Source: Dipteris shenzhenensis
Lineage: Eukaryota
Length of the DNA stretch: 64,000 bases
Assembly: GCA_047967505.1 (NCBI GenBank)
Contig: CM106538.1
Direction: 5' to 3' (one strand)
The notes beneath the pieces were generated by a model that ran no database searches, was not told the origin of the DNA, and saw nothing but the letters and a program-made list of their open reading frames with translations. Each line of letters starts with the position of its first letter. Position 1 is the stretch's first letter. A program made the position numbers and the translations under genes. Below are positions 62,480 through 64,000 of the stretch, piece after piece.

Positions 62480-64000
62480 CTCATCTCCCATCTCTCTCCT
62501 CTCCTCTCCCTCTCTCTCTCTCCTCTCTCTCCTCTCCTTCCCTCCATCCATCCCTCGACCCAATCCTCTCCTCCAACCTCCTTCCCTCCCCTCCCTCCGC
62601 CGCCAAAACTCCTCCCTCGACCCCTCCCTTCCCCTCGCCCCCCCTCCTTCCCCAAAATTCCCCTCCCCCCTCCCTCCTCCCCTCCCGCTACCATTCCCCC
62701 TCTCCCGTCGCCTAACCTCTTCCTCCCCTACCCCTTTTTCCCCCTACCCCCTTTTAACCTTCCCCCCTTTTTCCCACCCCCCTTGGCGACCCCCCCAACC
62801 CTTCCACCCTCTTCCCCACTCTCCCTTTGGTCCCCTCTCAACCCTCCCTCCCTCCTTGGCGACACCCCCCTCCTCTTCACCCTCCCCCCCCTCTTCACCC
62901 AGCCCCCCCCTTCGCAACCCACCCATGCCCCCTCCCTCCTCTCACCCAGCCCCGCCCCTCCTCCCCCCCCCCTTCTCAACCCACCCATCCCCCCCCCCCT
63001 TAACCCTCCCTGGCTGGCGGCCGCGGCCGCCAGCCCCCCCCCTCCTCTCACCCATCCCCCCCCCCCCTCTTCACCCTCCCCCCCCCTTCGCAACCCACCC
63101 ATCCCCCCCTTCACCCTCCCTGGCTGGCGGCCGCGGCCGCCAGCCCCCCCCCCTCCTCTCACCCAGCCCCCCCCCTCTTCACCGTCCCCCCCCCCTTTCG
63201 CAACCCACCCTCCCCCCTCCCCTTCACCCTCCCTGGCTGGCGGCCGCGGCCGCCAGCCCCCCCCCCCTCTCCTCTCACCCAGCCCCCCCCCTCTTCACCC
63301 TCCCGCCCCCCTTCGCAACCCCCTCTCCTCTCTCCCTGGGCTGGCGGCCGCGGCCGCCAGCCCCCCCCCTCCTCTCACCCAGCCCCCCCTCTGCATCCTC
63401 CCGCCCCCCTTCGCAACCCACCCTCCCCCCTCCCCTTCACCCTCCTTGGCTGGCGGCCGCGGCCGCCAGCCCCCCCTCCCCCTCTCCTCTCACCCAGCCC
63501 CCCCCCCTTCGCAACCCCCTCTCCTCTCTCCCTGGGCTGGCGGCCGCGGCCGCCAGCCCCCGCCCCCTCCTCTCACCCAGCCCCCCCTCTTCATCCTCCC
63601 CCCCCCTTCGCAACCCACCCTCCCCCCTCCCCCCTCCCTTTCACCCTCCTTGGCTGGCGGCCGCGCCCCCCCCCTCTCCTCTCACCCAGCCCCCCCCTCT
63701 TCACCCTCCCCCCCCCCCCCCTTCGCAACCCATCCCCCTCCCTGGGCTGGCGGCCGCGGCCGCCAGCCCCCCCTCTTCACCCTCCCCCCCTCCCCCTCTC
63801 AGCCGCTCCCCCCCTCCCCCCCCTCCTCTTCACCCTCCCCCCCCCCTTCGCAACCCCCTCTCCTCTCTCCCTGGGCTGGCGGCCGCGGCCGCCAGCCCCC
63901 CCCCCCCTCTCCTCTTCACCCTCCCCCCCCCCCCTCTCAGCCGCTCCCCCCCTCCCCCCCCTCAGCCGCTCCCGGGCTGGCGGCCGCGGCCGCCAGCCCC
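62480..64000. repeat. C-rich tandem array containing a repeated 24-bp perfect palindrome
   Basis: GGCTGGCGGCCGCGGCCGCCAGCC x9 between 63012 and 63998, embedded in poly-C/CT tracts. Confidence 0.92.

Noticed and set aside
61234-63162. Glu/Arg- and Gly-rich ORFs
   Set aside because: Translations of (CT)n microsatellite and poly-C tracts
63012-63998. Palindromic repeats with variable spacers as a CRISPR array
   Set aside because: Eukaryotic context, spacers are related low-complexity C-rich sequence, and no cas genes are present

Overview
Eukaryotic land-plant nuclear DNA, most likely a fern or other non-seed plant (5S gene starting GTGGTGCGATC and linked to the 45S unit; inference). It is a nested transposon landscape around one decaying rDNA unit. 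(1) 1-13.9 kb: a degenerate LINE interrupted by a full-length Ty1/copia element (835-6697, TSD CTATT) and a CACTA-type element with CACAA termini (6877-12411, TSD AGG). (2) 14-21 kb: a probable first exon of an AIG2/GGCT-like host gene, a foldback hairpin and chromovirus fragments. (3) 21-33.7 kb: a minus-strand 5S-linked 45S rDNA pseudo-unit, with a 2.4-kb solo LTR carrying tRNA-like Pol III boxes in the 26S-5S spacer. (4) 33.7-48.9 kb: three related non-autonomous LTR elements stacked at the same ATAGT target, which looks like the Pol I transcription start site; one family carries a copy of that target inside its own LTR. (5) 50-64 kb: a spliced gene whose predicted protein joins a ParB-like (IDGQH) region, a degenerate beta-class DNA amino-methyltransferase-like region and three Ulp1/C48 protease domains, next to an array of nine perfect 24-bp palindromes. 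Five copies of a ~246-bp MITE with 8-bp TSDs are scattered through 27-59 kb. All family assignments are from reading motifs by eye; no database searches were run.
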